64,000 nt of DNA from Anthoceros angustus (taxonomy: Eukaryota; Plantae; Anthocerotophyta). The stretch covers positions 806,001 through 870,000 of the forward strand of contig MU008153.1 in the NCBI GenBank assembly GCA_010909165.1. Direction: 5' to 3'. The first letter of the stretch is position 1, and every line of letters starts with the position of its first letter. Made by a program: the position numbers and the translations under genes. Shown here in pieces: positions 1 to 12,275 of the stretch. The notes under the pieces are model-generated. The model was not told the origin of the DNA. It did not search any database and was given only the letters and a program-made list of their open reading frames with translations.

Positions 1-390
1 TATTGATGAATTTACTATACAAAAACTCTACTACGAACGACTAGTTGATAGTCGTACACGAGACTTGAGTGTTACCTTATGCAAGAATGACCTAATACGA
101 TGACATAATCCTAAGCATCTTTGCCTTATCTTCCTCTCCGAACCCTCATATTGTTGGTTAGGAGTAAAACATTCACGAGTGGGTGTTTGTGATTTCTTCA
201 CTTTTTTTTTCATGGTCAATTGCTACCTCGTCAAAGTGGGCACTCTTAACCTTCCCAACATTCTCACTAGCGAAATTTTGTAAAAAAAATAATTAAAAAA
301 ATTAAATATAAAACACGAGATCTACATTGTGTGATGAATCCTTGTACTTATCTACCTATCTATCTAGTTCAGAATTCAAGGTTTAGATGG

Positions 391-484
391 GCGATCGCCG
401 GACGTAGTGCCCTCTACAGGGTTGTTCCCCCTTTTGGTTGTGGGCAGATGGGATTTGCCATTTCCTTTTTTACATAAAGTCTCC
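391..484 (-). repeat. Dispersed repeat fragment, homologous to 39506-39608
   Basis: Minus strand GGAGACTTTATGTAAAAAAGGAAATGGCAAATCCCATCTGCCC...GGCACTACGTCCGGCGATCGC aligns with plus-strand GGAGACTTTATGTAGAAAAAGAGATGGGACATACCATCTACCC...GGCACTAGTCCTCGCGATCGC at 39506-39608. Confidence 0.7.
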
Positions 485-2709
485 ACGTTCTCGTTAAAAA
501 TTCTATAAAATTGAGAAATCAAACCTCCTTCTTGGTCTAGATTCTTTGCTTCTTTAGGTACACCTAACAGACCATACATTAGAGTCATGGCTAAAGGGCT
601 ACAAGGCCAGCCTATTTTTCGACATTTTTATTATTATTTATTATAGTTGCGTGTAACTTCGATTTGGTCGAGCTTAAAACGGACGGGTGGGTTGGTAGCC
701 GCCTCGGGGTCGGACACGGAACCGTGTCCGAACCGCAAGCAAGCGCGCTCGTGTTTCACCCACCCCCCACGGGAGCCCGGTCCGGCCACGTGGGGCGGGC
801 GCCGACCGGCGAGCGGCGACCGGAGACCGGCGACCGGGGACGGGCGACCGGCGCCGCCGTACAAGGCACCTGAGCGACTCCGGGGGACCCAGCAGCGGGG
901 GCTGCCTCCGCCAACCGGTCTCCGGCGAAACCGGCAAAGCCGGCGTAATGGGCTCATATGTCTGGACCACGGGCCGGTTTTCTATTGCCTCACCAACCTC
1001 CGCCATTCACCTGGCAAGTTCAAATGTTCAACTTTATATTTCTTAGTACCCACATACCCGCACCAACACGACCTTCGTGGCCATACTTCGCGGTGCTGCT
1101 CTATGGTGCTCCCCGTCATCCCTCCTCCCTCACAATTCTAGACGTTACTCCAGGCTGTTTAATGATTAAAAAAATCAAATTCTATATAATAAAATATAAA
1201 TAATAATAAAATAACATCGTTCTCTTAGTCTTGGTAGTGAAACAAAGATGCCCTTCAAGACGGCAACTATTGAGACCGGGAAGCCCATGTGCTTGTGAAA
1301 GCCGGCAAGGAAGGTGCGATCTACCAAACACAAGCCAATTACAGCCACAAAGAGGCTGGACCCAACTTAACCTCAAACCGAATCTTGTGAAGCTGGAAGG
1401 AGCCAAGGAGCCTGTTGCCCACATTTGGAGGACCCACAAAATGGAACTCATGGTCGGCCCAAATCAGGTCTGTGGTAGATCGGTACGAGGAATCGGTCGA
1501 CCATGTCAGGTACATGAAAGGCTTGGGCCATCCATTACTTTGTACCGGGCCATGGGCGAAACTCCGGCGGCGAAACGTGGTCCCATCAAATCCTCCTCGG
1601 GATCGCCTTGTCAGACGTGGTTTACTTTCTTTCCCGCTTTTCCGCTTCTTTTCTTCGGATGTCTCCTCCCGTCTGTAAGTTTCTAATGATTGAAAGAAAC
1701 TCCGTTTCCTGAACCCAACGCCGAAGTAGCCGGCGCATCCACTCCGGCTAAAATTGACGCCATCAATAACGCGGCTGCCTTTTCTCGGAAAAAGCCAGCA
1801 TCGCCGGCTCTAAAACAGGGAGGTGTGGTACACGGGGTAGCAACGAGCCCGGATGCCTTTAGTAGTCTTCATGCCTTCTGCCCGTTTTGAGTTTCCTTGG
1901 GATCTACCTCATCGCAATCATTGGGAAAATAAGCAACCCCGTTACTGCTCCGTTTGGTGATTGGACTTGTTTATTGCATGGCAGCTTTCTTGTCTAACAT
2001 AGGTATTCAAATTATTAGAAAGGATTATTATATTATTATGTTATAAAACTATGTTCATGTAAGAATTTGAGCAAATAGGGTCTTCGGAGATTCCATGTAA
2101 ATATGCGATCAATTTTACTGAAAATAAGAAAATAAGCAAATATGCAGACACCAAACTACTATTTTCCTAGCATGTGCAATGAGGAACCAAGACATTAGAT
2201 TAACTAGCTTGCAATATCCATAATGACCCTCTCTTCATGGAGCCCCAATGGCTGAGTCGGTTCAATGGAAAAGGAGGTTCATTGAACTTGTGAGTCTTGT
2301 AGCATTTCCCTATATCGAGCTGATTGCACACATAGGATGTGGGTTCTTTGCATTTAGCCTTTCTAGTTGAGAATTTCAAGTGTTAGTACACTTAGATATT
2401 TCTGTGGAGAATTTCAAGTCTAGTGCATTTGGGTCTTATACCTAGATTTCCTGTCAATAAATATTTTAATTTATTTACATTAATTTTAATAGACTATTAT
2501 ATACCTCCAACAACGTTGTGGAGACATATGTCCATACTGGTGATTTGGAAGGGTTAATAGGAGACCATGACAAGCCAATCTTCCTCGAATAGGATACCAT
2601 TGAACTGCACTTTTGTACATGGGATCCGCAAAGTGAGCAGCATAATCTCATACCAACATGCTACTCCGATGAACATGGGATCTGCAAAGTGAGCAGCATA
2701 TCTTTCCAA

Positions 2710-2995
2710 GTGTCGCGTTTGTATCTTGGATATGACTAAATCGAAGTGTGTTGTCTTAGGCACCGTCTTCGAAATGGAAATGTCATTCCAGCTTGCACTT
2801 TTCTCGGACATGTCAAATTCAAATGTGAGTCGTCTCGAGCCTTGTCTTCGAAATGGCAATATCATTCAAACCCGCGCTTATCTCGGATATAACAGCTCCA
2901 AATGAGTTGTCTCAAGGCATTTGTCTTTCGAAATAGATGTAATGTCGTTCCAAGTTCTGACTCGCGCGCATCTGGGATATGACAAATCACACACA
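2710..2995. repeat. Degenerate ~80-bp tandem array, ~3.5 copies
   Basis: Recurrent core TCT(C/T)GGA(T/C)AT...GTC(T/G)...GTCTTCGAAAT(G/A)G..AT(G/A)TC(A/G)TTC(C/A)A in units starting near 2715, 2791 and 2871, plus a partial unit near 2960. Confidence 0.7.
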
Positions 2996-3960
2996 CCACC
3001 ACAAAGTTATGGGGGACATGATCTCCATGTTCCTGATGGGAGGAGCGCAAGAATTCTGACAGCGGCAAGCTACGTAGACACATATTGCATTTTACACCTT
3101 CCACCCAGAGGTGGAGGCTCACGATAGTGGAGACAGGAGAGCTTGGGTTCACGTGAGAAGGGACGTGTGAGGGTCGGGTCACTTGAGATGCCTCCTCGGC
3201 CTGCGTTCCCACTGAGCGTGCTGCGTGACGCCCTGGCCCCTCATCCATGGTGGTGGGCACTCGGCTGGCCGTGGCATCAACACCATGGAGTACATATATG
3301 TATGTACATCCCACCCGAGCTCTTTCCCCATCGAGCTTCACGTGAGGCAAAAGGCTGCAGCTCCGGACAAAGGGAGCCGGACGGCATTGACCCCCAGTCG
3401 TTCCAACGGGGGGGCCTGGCGACGTGGATCCCTCCATGTCTGCCCTCCGTCCAGAGCTTGTAGATACATACTTCGTGTTCGCTTGGAGGCAAGTGGACTG
3501 TGACGAGATAAGCCATAGCCACAGTGATCCGAGGTCAGGCGTTATACTAGCGTACAGCCTGCAGCCAGGGCAGGGCCGGAGGGCATCATCACGATTCCTC
3601 ATGAACATCATCAACCCCCTTCTTTAATGTTCTGCTCCTGGTGCCCAAACCCTAGTCCCGGAGCGGACACCGACGCTCTTCAAGGCAAAGCCGCGTTTGA
3701 TGCGAGCGGCAGCCACCACATACTTCCGTAACGACGATCGCCTCCGCTTGCCTTGATGGGAGCAAAACAAATGCCATTCCTGCCCACACGACACCAAAAA
3801 GCGCCGCAGGACCTCGGATCTTGAAACCCTGATTGCTATCCCGCAGGATTTGGCAAGCTCAGAGGGCGCTGTTAATGCTCCTCGCATCCTCCTGCAGGAA
3901 TTGCAGAGGTTTGATAACAAGGGCAGGACTTGGCGGCCTCTGCCGCTCCCCCATCCGCCA

Positions 3961-5334
3961 AATCCGCCGTGGCATGGCATGCCTATGTCGTCCCATACCT
4001 CTCTCTACAAAGCCATACAAAGCCATACAGCGCCGTAACCGCCGTATTTTGCCGGGGACTGACGCCCGTGACCCCAAGCACACTTACCGCGCACCAAAAC
4101 GGGGCAGGCATCTAAACCGTGCGTGGGGGCTAGACCGTGCGGGAGTGCGAACCAAGTGCAGGATTTAAACCGTGCAGGACTCGATGTCGAATTATCGCAT
4201 ATGTACTTAACCTAAAGCAAGCACATTTGCCGGCCAAGCAAGCTTGCTTCAAACTATGGAGTGCGCGCTGAAGGTACAAGTCCCAGCACTAAGACATATG
4301 GAGTGCATGCTTTACTATTAAATATCTGGTCATGGGGCTTGCTGATATATTGGCTAGTTGTAAGGGTGGCTGATATACCAAAAAAGATTTTGAAGCTGCT
4401 ACTATACCAAAGAAGATTGGATGTTTGATCAATTTTGTTATTATGTAGTTGCATCAAATCCTTCTTCACCAAGGACCATTTATGGATCCACAGAGAAAGA
4501 GAAACAACACACAAACCTCATCATGCCAGCATACATTCATACAACCCTAAGAGGAACAACACACAAACCTAGATTATGTCAGCATACATTCATACAAGCC
4601 TAAGAGAAACAACACACAGACCTAAATTAATTATGTCAGCATACATTCATACAATCCTATTCTCCTGCCATCATCTATTAACTCCTCTGTGTGGAGTACG
4701 GTTGTATGAATTAACTCCTTTTCTCCTGCCATCATCCATTAACTCTATGTGTGGAATAGGGTTGTGTGAATGAACTCCTTCTCTCCTGCCATCATCGATT
4801 AACTCCTCCGTGGATGGCAAGAGAATATTACCTACAGAATCACCTCAAAGGCCGGCTGACTTCCATTCCACTCCTTGCAGAAGAAAAAAATCATCCCTGC
4901 CCACCTCCCGCCCACGCCGTGCCGCCCCTCTACCTCCGGTCCGCGCTCTCCCGGCTTCATTTGCACCTGGCCCCCAGGCCCGCGCCCAGGCTTTGAAAAA
5001 AGCTTGAGCATGCCATGGCGACGGGGTTGAGATGCCTTCTGATCCCCGCTGCCGGCTTGCGCGCTGTCTGTGTCGTACGCTCGGCCTTCTCTTGTTTTGA
5101 AAGAACTCGCGCACGGTAGTGACTACCACAAGGTAGTCACTACCGTGTGATATGTCCGCGCACGGTTTAGATGCATGCACATTTTCACACCGTGCGATAT
5201 GCATGCTTGAGTTATGCCCGTCGGTCCCCGGCAAAATACAACGCTTACGACGCCGTTTGTGGTGGCCCTGTGCACACGGAGAACCGTTCAGACAGATACG
5301 AGCTTGGCCGGGGCATGGCATGCCACGGCGGATT
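3961..5334. mobile_element. Non-autonomous inverted-repeat (TIR/foldback-like) element remnant
   Basis: Arms ~3961-4133 and ~5157-5334 are reverse complements sharing AATCCGCCGTGGCATG(G/C)CATGCC, GTATTTTGCCGGGGAC(T/C)GACG and GCATCTAAACCGTGCG; the interior is non-coding with minisatellites; no TSD found. Confidence 0.6.
4500..4815. repeat. Two adjacent minisatellites (~50-bp x3 and ~60-bp x2.5)
   Basis: ATG(T/C)CAGCATACATTCATACAA(C/G)CCTAAGAG(G/A)AACAACACACA units, followed by TCTCCTGCCATCATC..TTAACTC...GTGTGGA units. Confidence 0.85.
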
Positions 5335-8300
5335 CCACACGCGCGAAGGATTTATCGCTTGGGAGCCTGGGACACAGGCCCCGCACCTGCATGCCGCAAT
5401 TCTGTGTGATGACCGAGCTTGACCGAGCTCTGGCCATGGCAGCTAGGGCTTGCGGCCGAAGTAGACAAGTAGATACAGTATGTACCGACTTTGTCTGGTC
5501 ACACAGACTGCAGAAACGCCGGATGCATACCTACACAAATGTAATTCCATTTGCGGAGTGAAAAACACACCGATGGCCGATGGAGCTTGTCGGACCTAGA
5601 TGTGGTGAGCTCGCCGTACAAGGAGGTTTTCGGGAGACGGGTTTTAGTATCGGTGTGCGCGAGACGCAAGTCAGGATGAAATCATCAAAAGGACAGGTCT
5701 TCGTGGAGACAACGTGATGTCAGCCTGCGTGTCCGCCCGCACAGACTGCTAGCGTAAAGAAACCCGAAGCAGAGCGGACTTGGACTGGAGGAGGAGGCCA
5801 CATTAGGAGTCCTCGTGGCAGGTAGTGGCGGCTCATCAGGGAGCCTCCGGAATGATCCTCCATTCTATCTGTGAGAATAGTGCATTGTGAGCAAATTCTT
5901 ACCTCTTCTGTCAGACCTGAAACCTGAAAGCGCGACACCTTCTTTCGATGCTTGTTGTGCCGTCTCAACCAAATCCAAATGGAAGCCAGACTCTGGTTCC
6001 AGCAAAGACAAGTTCTTCAGTTGTTTGTTTTGTGTGAACCCTCAATGCAGCGCGAGGTTTCTTTCAATGCTCTCTTTTTTGTGTGAACCCTCAATGGCGA
6101 GACCTGCTTTCACGTTTCTTCTGCGTGAGGAACTGGAGGCGCAAGACCACCTTTCGCTGTTCAGTGAAAACCGCTAGTTCAAATAGCAGTGGACAAATGC
6201 AAGACCATGAGATATTGCTTTCCAGAGAGAATTGTGCTTTTGCATGAGGATTGTGGACGCGTCGTGTTTCAGTCACTCCTTTCATAGTCGCGAGACCTTC
6301 TTTCAGTCATTCATTCATTCAGATTATGAGGTTTCCAACCTTTCCTTCGATCATTCCTTCAGTCGGTGGCAAATCCAGGTGTGAACACAAGAATGAGGGT
6401 GACGAGTCACGACGTCCGGGGTTTGGGATCCGGCATCTCCCACAGACTCTTCCTTCCTCAACCAACCCGAGAGAGCGAGCTGGTGGAGGTCGCTCAGGGC
6501 CGTCAGTCCTGGAGGAGACACAGGAAAGCTGGCGCACTGCGAGCCGCTGCTTTTCCCAGCGACAACTCTTACCAGCATCCGCTAACAAGAGGACCGACTG
6601 GTCCCGAATCCCGTCTTCTCCGACTCCGTTTCCGTATTCCGCACTCCGCTTGCCAGGTCATATCTGGATGCAGCTCTCTTGCCCTCGGGGTACGTCAGGA
6701 GTTTTTTATTGCTTTCTGCCGAATCCCGATTGCTGGCACTGACACTTTCGCTTTTCCTTTTTCCTCCAGGACTGTCGACTGTGGCGCTTTTGCAGACGGT
6801 GTGCCGAACTGGTGACGTTGGTGAAACAAGGCTGAAATCACCGCTTCTTGATGACGTCCTGCCATGGCCAGATGTGTGAGAGAGACTCCACTGCAGTGAA
6901 TCAAAGCGAGCAGAGCAAGCACAGAAGAGCAAAGGTGACCTTTTCCTTTTGTTTCCCTCGCCCCCTTTCCAGAGTCACCGTATAGCCCCTTCGCTTTCCG
7001 TTCAAGGCGGTTGCAAGCCTTCTTCTCCGGAGTCTGACACATGAATGCTGCAGCGGGACCTGGCAATCATCATATTGTAATGTGTTGCTGCCCGAGCGTC
7101 GGGACAGGTGGAGCTTTGCAATGGCCATGCGATGCTGGCAGCTGGACCATTATGGAATGGTTCTGAACTTGCTCCTCCTCATGGGCTTCCGTTTGCCACG
7201 CTTTCCGGTTTGGCACCGTCCTGTAAGCAATCATCTCCCTACCAGAACCTGGTGAATGGAAGAAACTACCGAGCTCACCAGCACACACAAGGCCAAGGTG
7301 AGTCTGTCCATGGCAGTGCAGGAGTTTCGGGTCATGGTATGATGAGATCCCAGTGAACTCGAGCTTGCAGCAGCAGTTCCAGGTAACCCTAAAGTAGAGC
7401 TGTTGCAAGGGACTCGGGGTCTTCCTCATGTCCGAAGCAAGGGCTTATAGAAGGCTTCAGCATGCCGACTCTGATCCAGCTCCCAGCATCACATGCAATG
7501 GAGCATATTACATATTTTTTGGTTTCGGCAAGCTTTAAGGGATCAAAGTGGAGGTGTGGCAGGAATAAAGCAAAGCGGAAGACATGATAAACGCTCTGCT
7601 CCAGGAGTGCTACTGTAACCAAGATGCTCAACGCGCTAGGTGATGACCGCTTTGCTCCAAAGCCAACAAAGAGCTCTAGAGACTCCAGGTAGACGTACAA
7701 GTCCCACAGTACATACTTTGGAAAGCGTGTGGTACAGTGGTTGGTGCTTCTCTGCACACGCCCTGATCAAAGTCACATGCTTGTCTGTTCCGGTCTGCAC
7801 CGTCTGAGAGGCTGCACCTGTACTGTGCAACGCACTAAAGCTATTAAAAGCTAGTCGACGTGTCAAGCCTCCTGGAAGGCAGTGCCACTGCTCACAGTCG
7901 GCTGGTGACTTGAATGCATATGCTGCAATGGATATGCAATGCTGCAGAATGGCACGACATGTTCTTGTCATTGTACATCCCAGCTATGTATTTTTATATG
8001 TACATATGTGCCCGCTCCTCAACATCAGGGAGAGGGATCGCAAGCTTGCAAGTTGCAATGCCCAGAGAGATCTTCCAAAGTGCATATAGAATACTTTGAG
8101 AATCGCATTGTGCGGTTGCTTTTGCTTTTGTGACACTTTGATATTAGACCACATACGTAGAGTATGCAAACATCGCCCAAACTTCCTGGGCAACCAGCTG
8201 GAGGCTGTACTTGCTGCTGTAAGGGGACGATCACGGCTTGGTCGGGCCTGGTTGGTGGCTTTATAATAATATTGAGCCTTATAAACTATGGAGGCTTGGC

Positions 8301-8486
8301 AAGCAAGTATGTATATTGAATTGTGTGGTAGGGGAAACAAGGCAGGATCTGAAGCAATTCAGGGTACGAATTGGACAGATTTGAGATGAGTTTTTCTGGC
8401 CCAGGCATGAGGTCATCCTGGTTCTCTGACCTGTATCGTATGTACATAAGCCGAATTGCTGATTTACCTTCAAGTATTACATACTA

Positions 8487-8818
8487 GAGAGCATACAGGC
8501 ACAAAATATGTTAAGGGCGAACTGACCAGGCATGTAAACTTCTGTACAGATGGAGCTCTTGGCAACAGGCCTCGTCAAGTCCAAAGCCGGTGGAAGACAG
8601 AGAACACGAGAGAGCATAGAGGCACAAAATATGTAAAGGGCGAACTGATCAGGCATGTAAACTTTTGTACAGATGGAGGTCTTGGCATTACAGGCCTCGT
8701 CCAGTCCCAAATCGGTAGAAGACAGAGAACACGAGAGAGCATACAGGCACAAAATATGTAAAGGGCGAACTGACCAGGCATCTAAACTTTTGTACAGATG
8801 GAGGTCTTGGCAACAGGC
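8487..8818. repeat. ~124-bp tandem repeat, ~2.7 copies
   Basis: GAGAGCATA(C/G)AGGCACAAAATATGT(T/A)AAGGGCGAACTGA at 8487, 8610 and 8735. Confidence 0.9.
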
Positions 8819-9549
8819 TCTGTGGTAAGGACATCAAGGACTGCCTTGAAAACACCATTACCATCAACGAATGTACAGATGTATGTACATATAAAGCGAC
8901 TGCGGAATAACAACACGCCACACGTATGTCCAAGGACTCCAAGACCATCTCATCAAGGTCTTCTTTTTGCCATTCAAAGCAGCCTGAAGGATGATTGTGG
9001 AAGGCAAGGTTTTGCAAAGGTGAGTCACATGATCTCTGAGGATACCAGGGAGGTTGACATTTGAAACCGAGGTGTGCGGATTCGATGCCCACATATGTCC
9101 AGCAGCAATTAGTTAACAGCCTCTGCTGTATGTAGCCGGTACTCTCGGGTGCCTGCCCAGTACTTTGCAGCTAAGGCAACGCTGATGACGAGAACCACGA
9201 GCTCTCCCAGCAGGATATCATGATTCATCACTCATCACTTGGAAGCTGCATCCTTCCAACATGTCCTCCTCAGTCAAGTATGTAGGTTGGAGCCAGGTGG
9301 CATCAGGCACCCGTTTTCCCTGATCCAGCATTGAGCAAGGGGTTGGTGTCCGTGATCACGATGGTACATGGGGCGTACAGTCCGCCTTCTCACCCGGGTT
9401 GCAACTTGCACGTAACCTGCTACATCGAAGTCGACAGGTACGGAACTTAGTTCTGCATTGCGTGATCTGCATATGCGTCTGCTTTATTGTGTATCTCGAT
9501 GACTGGGTGATCCCATTCTATGTTCCAATACCCCCAAAAACGCGCGTCG

Positions 9550-11905
9550 TCTTATCTCCAGCTGCAAGTGAGTAGAACCCGATAGCATTTCCTGCTAGAA
9601 ATGTAGCCACTGGGTAGCGCGTATCGTCCATTCTGCGGTTCCTGACCCGCAGTTTCTGGCACAGCTCTCCGTCCTTGATATGCGGCGTTCTTAGCGATGC
9701 ATTGGGCGAAGCGTTTCAACTCCGACCAGCAGTTCCATGTAACTTCACACAAACCCTTGACTCCTCGAGGCGAGAGGTAAGAGGCGCTCGGACAGAGCGT
9801 ATAAGGCAGGATCCATGTGCCTCCAGGCAGAGGGGCACACATGTAGAGCCTCGCGAGTAGCAGGGAGGCGCATGCCTCGAGGCCGTGCAGCTGGATTTCC
9901 TGACACCCATAGTTGCAAACACTGTCTGGGATTGACATGCATGTGTTCACTGTGATACACACGCCGGAAGCGCGTCACTGTAGTTGCAGAACGACGTGCT
10001 CATGTCTTCCACTAGAACTTTTCATTCAACTCCGTCTCCTCCGGAGGCACGCACGTGTTAACTCATCTGGCGCGATGGGCCTTGGCAATTGCAAAACAAG
10101 CACAGAACACTGCAAAACTATGCAAACCGAGAGATGCAGATCCGCACCAGCACTTTCAACTGATATCCCAAATCTCATCCATGGTCGCTGTGTCATCGGC
10201 TGCTGAATCTACACGCGTTTCTCACAAAAATTGGATGAGACCATACCCTTTGACATGCATGCTTGCGGGCCAGGTTGCTGCACTTCAAATCCACCAGAGA
10301 TGTGGAAGGGAGGGCAAACATAACATGGCCGACCTTGTGATTAGGTTAGCATCAATATCAAAGTTGCCCAAGTTGGTAAGAACGTTCATTCTCCTGGACA
10401 AAAGCTGCAGACACGTAGCCTCGTTGCGCGCATCGTTACACTGCCTGGAGAAATTCCGTTGACGTCTTTTACCCTCTTTCGTTGTGCACTTCTTCATCCA
10501 ATCCGGGTGTTCACTTTAGCATAGCAGGGTACGATTCCACCAGTGGTGATGTTTACTGGGAACTGTGTCTGGCCCACTGTAAGTCGTCTGAAAGTCACGA
10601 AGCAATCGTGTCATGCCCTGAAATGGAACTCGTGGGGGACTCTCATTTCATCTACAGTGATTACACAGGACACTTTGTTACATCGTGTTTGTAAACATCT
10701 GCTTGTTGCAGAGTAGACCTTAGCAGTAAGGGAGCATGTTAGCCATCTCACGCACAAATTGTTGCTGGTGTGCAATCACTTCCGCATCACTTCTCGAAAG
10801 AGAACCTTCACTATTGATTCAACTGCTTCACTTAGCACTGCCAGTGCCAGCCAGCCCTTCAAATTGTTCCAATGCTGGAGGGAAATAGTCTGACAGAGTT
10901 GTTCCACATTACTAAGCCTCGCAAGAAGCAGGCTTTTCATTACCTGGAGTTTCTGAGGCACTCATTGCAGCCTCCCGGCCAGGAAGAAAGCTGCCAGCAT
11001 GGAGAGTCCATCGCACCGAACAGGTTGTGACCACACGTACATATGGCTATCCACAAGGGCAGAAGTTTACAGAGAGTTCTCTCGGCACCGTCAGCTGTCT
11101 TCGATTAGTGGGACTTTGTTCTCATACTGTTGGGATGAATTGTATCATGATGTTAGTATTACTCTTCTGTTCTGAGAGTTTGCTGATAGATCCGTCCCGT
11201 GAGACTGTTTTGTAAACTGTCGGCCTCCTCCCTCTTCTGCGTCACTTCAATTTAGAGTAAAGACAATGTGTAGGCCCCTGTAAGCTGAGCAGCAATATTT
11301 GGGTAATGCAAGCCCCTGCAAAAGTGCCAAGGGCAAAGGACAAAGTGCAAAAAGGAGTACCTAGTACAGATTTGGTATATCCAGTGCATCGTGGAAACGG
11401 TGAAGACGTGGTGCTCCGTGTTGTGAGGGGTTGAGTCATCAAACAGCCCTCACGACACAGCTCCGACAATAGATAACGCCAACCATTAGAGGACTTTGCA
11501 CACCGCCGAGTCTTACGGATAACCACTTTCCGCCGAGTCTGGTCACATTGCAGGCGCCGTCCTTCCTCCTCCCCCCATAAATCTGCGTGTGCCCATCCCC
11601 GTCAGTCAATTTTCCCTGCTTTCCTCTCCAGCTGGCGAGGTCCTTGGTTCAGCATCAGATCTGAGCTCTTGCAAGCTGTGGATTCGTGGACTGTTCGGAG
11701 GCGCACCTGATCAAGCAAACATGGCTACATTGCGTGCAACTCTGTTATGTCTCCTGATAGCTCTTTCCTCCAGTATGTGGATAGAGGGAGCTTCAGCGCT
11801 ACCTAAACGAAGCAACTGCCCGGTGTCTGGCCGGAAGGTTAGTGGAAAGTGAAGCAGCTGCTCAGGGAAGAAATGGAGATTGTCCGTCCCCTTCAGATTT
11901 CTCAT
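9550..11905 (-). pseudogene. Possible heavily decayed LRR (NLR-like) coding relic
   Basis: Broken minus-strand frames give LRR-like snippets (HSLQEL, QGKLTD, CWQLSSWPG, NVLTNLGNFDI; paralog ITELHEMWPCLFDQAPNSTQVHSLQEL and LTDLQTLIL); many stops and frameshifts. Confidence 0.3.
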
Positions 11906-12275
11906 AAGTGCGTGTCACGCAATGCAGCTCTGCACGGAAGTGTCACAGTCTGTGAAGCTCACCTGCTGCAAGCCAAATCCAGCTTCACCCTACGCCTACG
12001 CCAAGCACGGCTGCGTGGATCTGCGCTCCGATCCCGGTTTCTGCGGCTCTTGCACCAATCTCTGCAAGAACGGAGAGACCTGCGTGGCAGGAAAATGCGT
12101 TCCTGTGAAAGTCTGTAAATTTGCTTGCATCAAGGGGTACACCTGCTGCGACGGCCAGTGCGTCAATACTCAAGCCGACAACTACAACTGCGGGAAATGT
12201 GGCGTCTCTTGCGGACCCCCTGAGGGCCAAGTTGGGCTGCTCAAGTTCTGTTATAATGGAGAGTGCGTGATCTAG
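11721..12275 (+). CDS. STIG1-like secreted cysteine-rich protein, copy A (exons 11721-11837, 11928-12275; 154 aa)
   Basis: Signal peptide MATLRATLLCLLIALSSSMWIEGASA; phase-0 GT..AG intron; Stig1 pattern CVDLRSDPGFCGSCTNLC...CCDGQCVNTQADNYNCGKCGVSC...FCYNGEC. Confidence 0.9.

Noticed and set aside
634-1900. Overlapping GC-rich ORFs (647-1141, 674-1006, 1231-1686)
   Set aside because: No recognisable domain; ORFs on both strands reflect GC content; probably TE debris.
2862-3614. 250-aa minus-strand ORF with scattered Cys/His
   Set aside because: No metal-binding pattern or family I can name; its 3' end runs into the degenerate array.
6300-8100. Possible multi-exon plus-strand gene (several GT/AG-like sites, ORF 7108-7356)
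   Set aside because: Could not assemble a consistent frame or recognise any homology.
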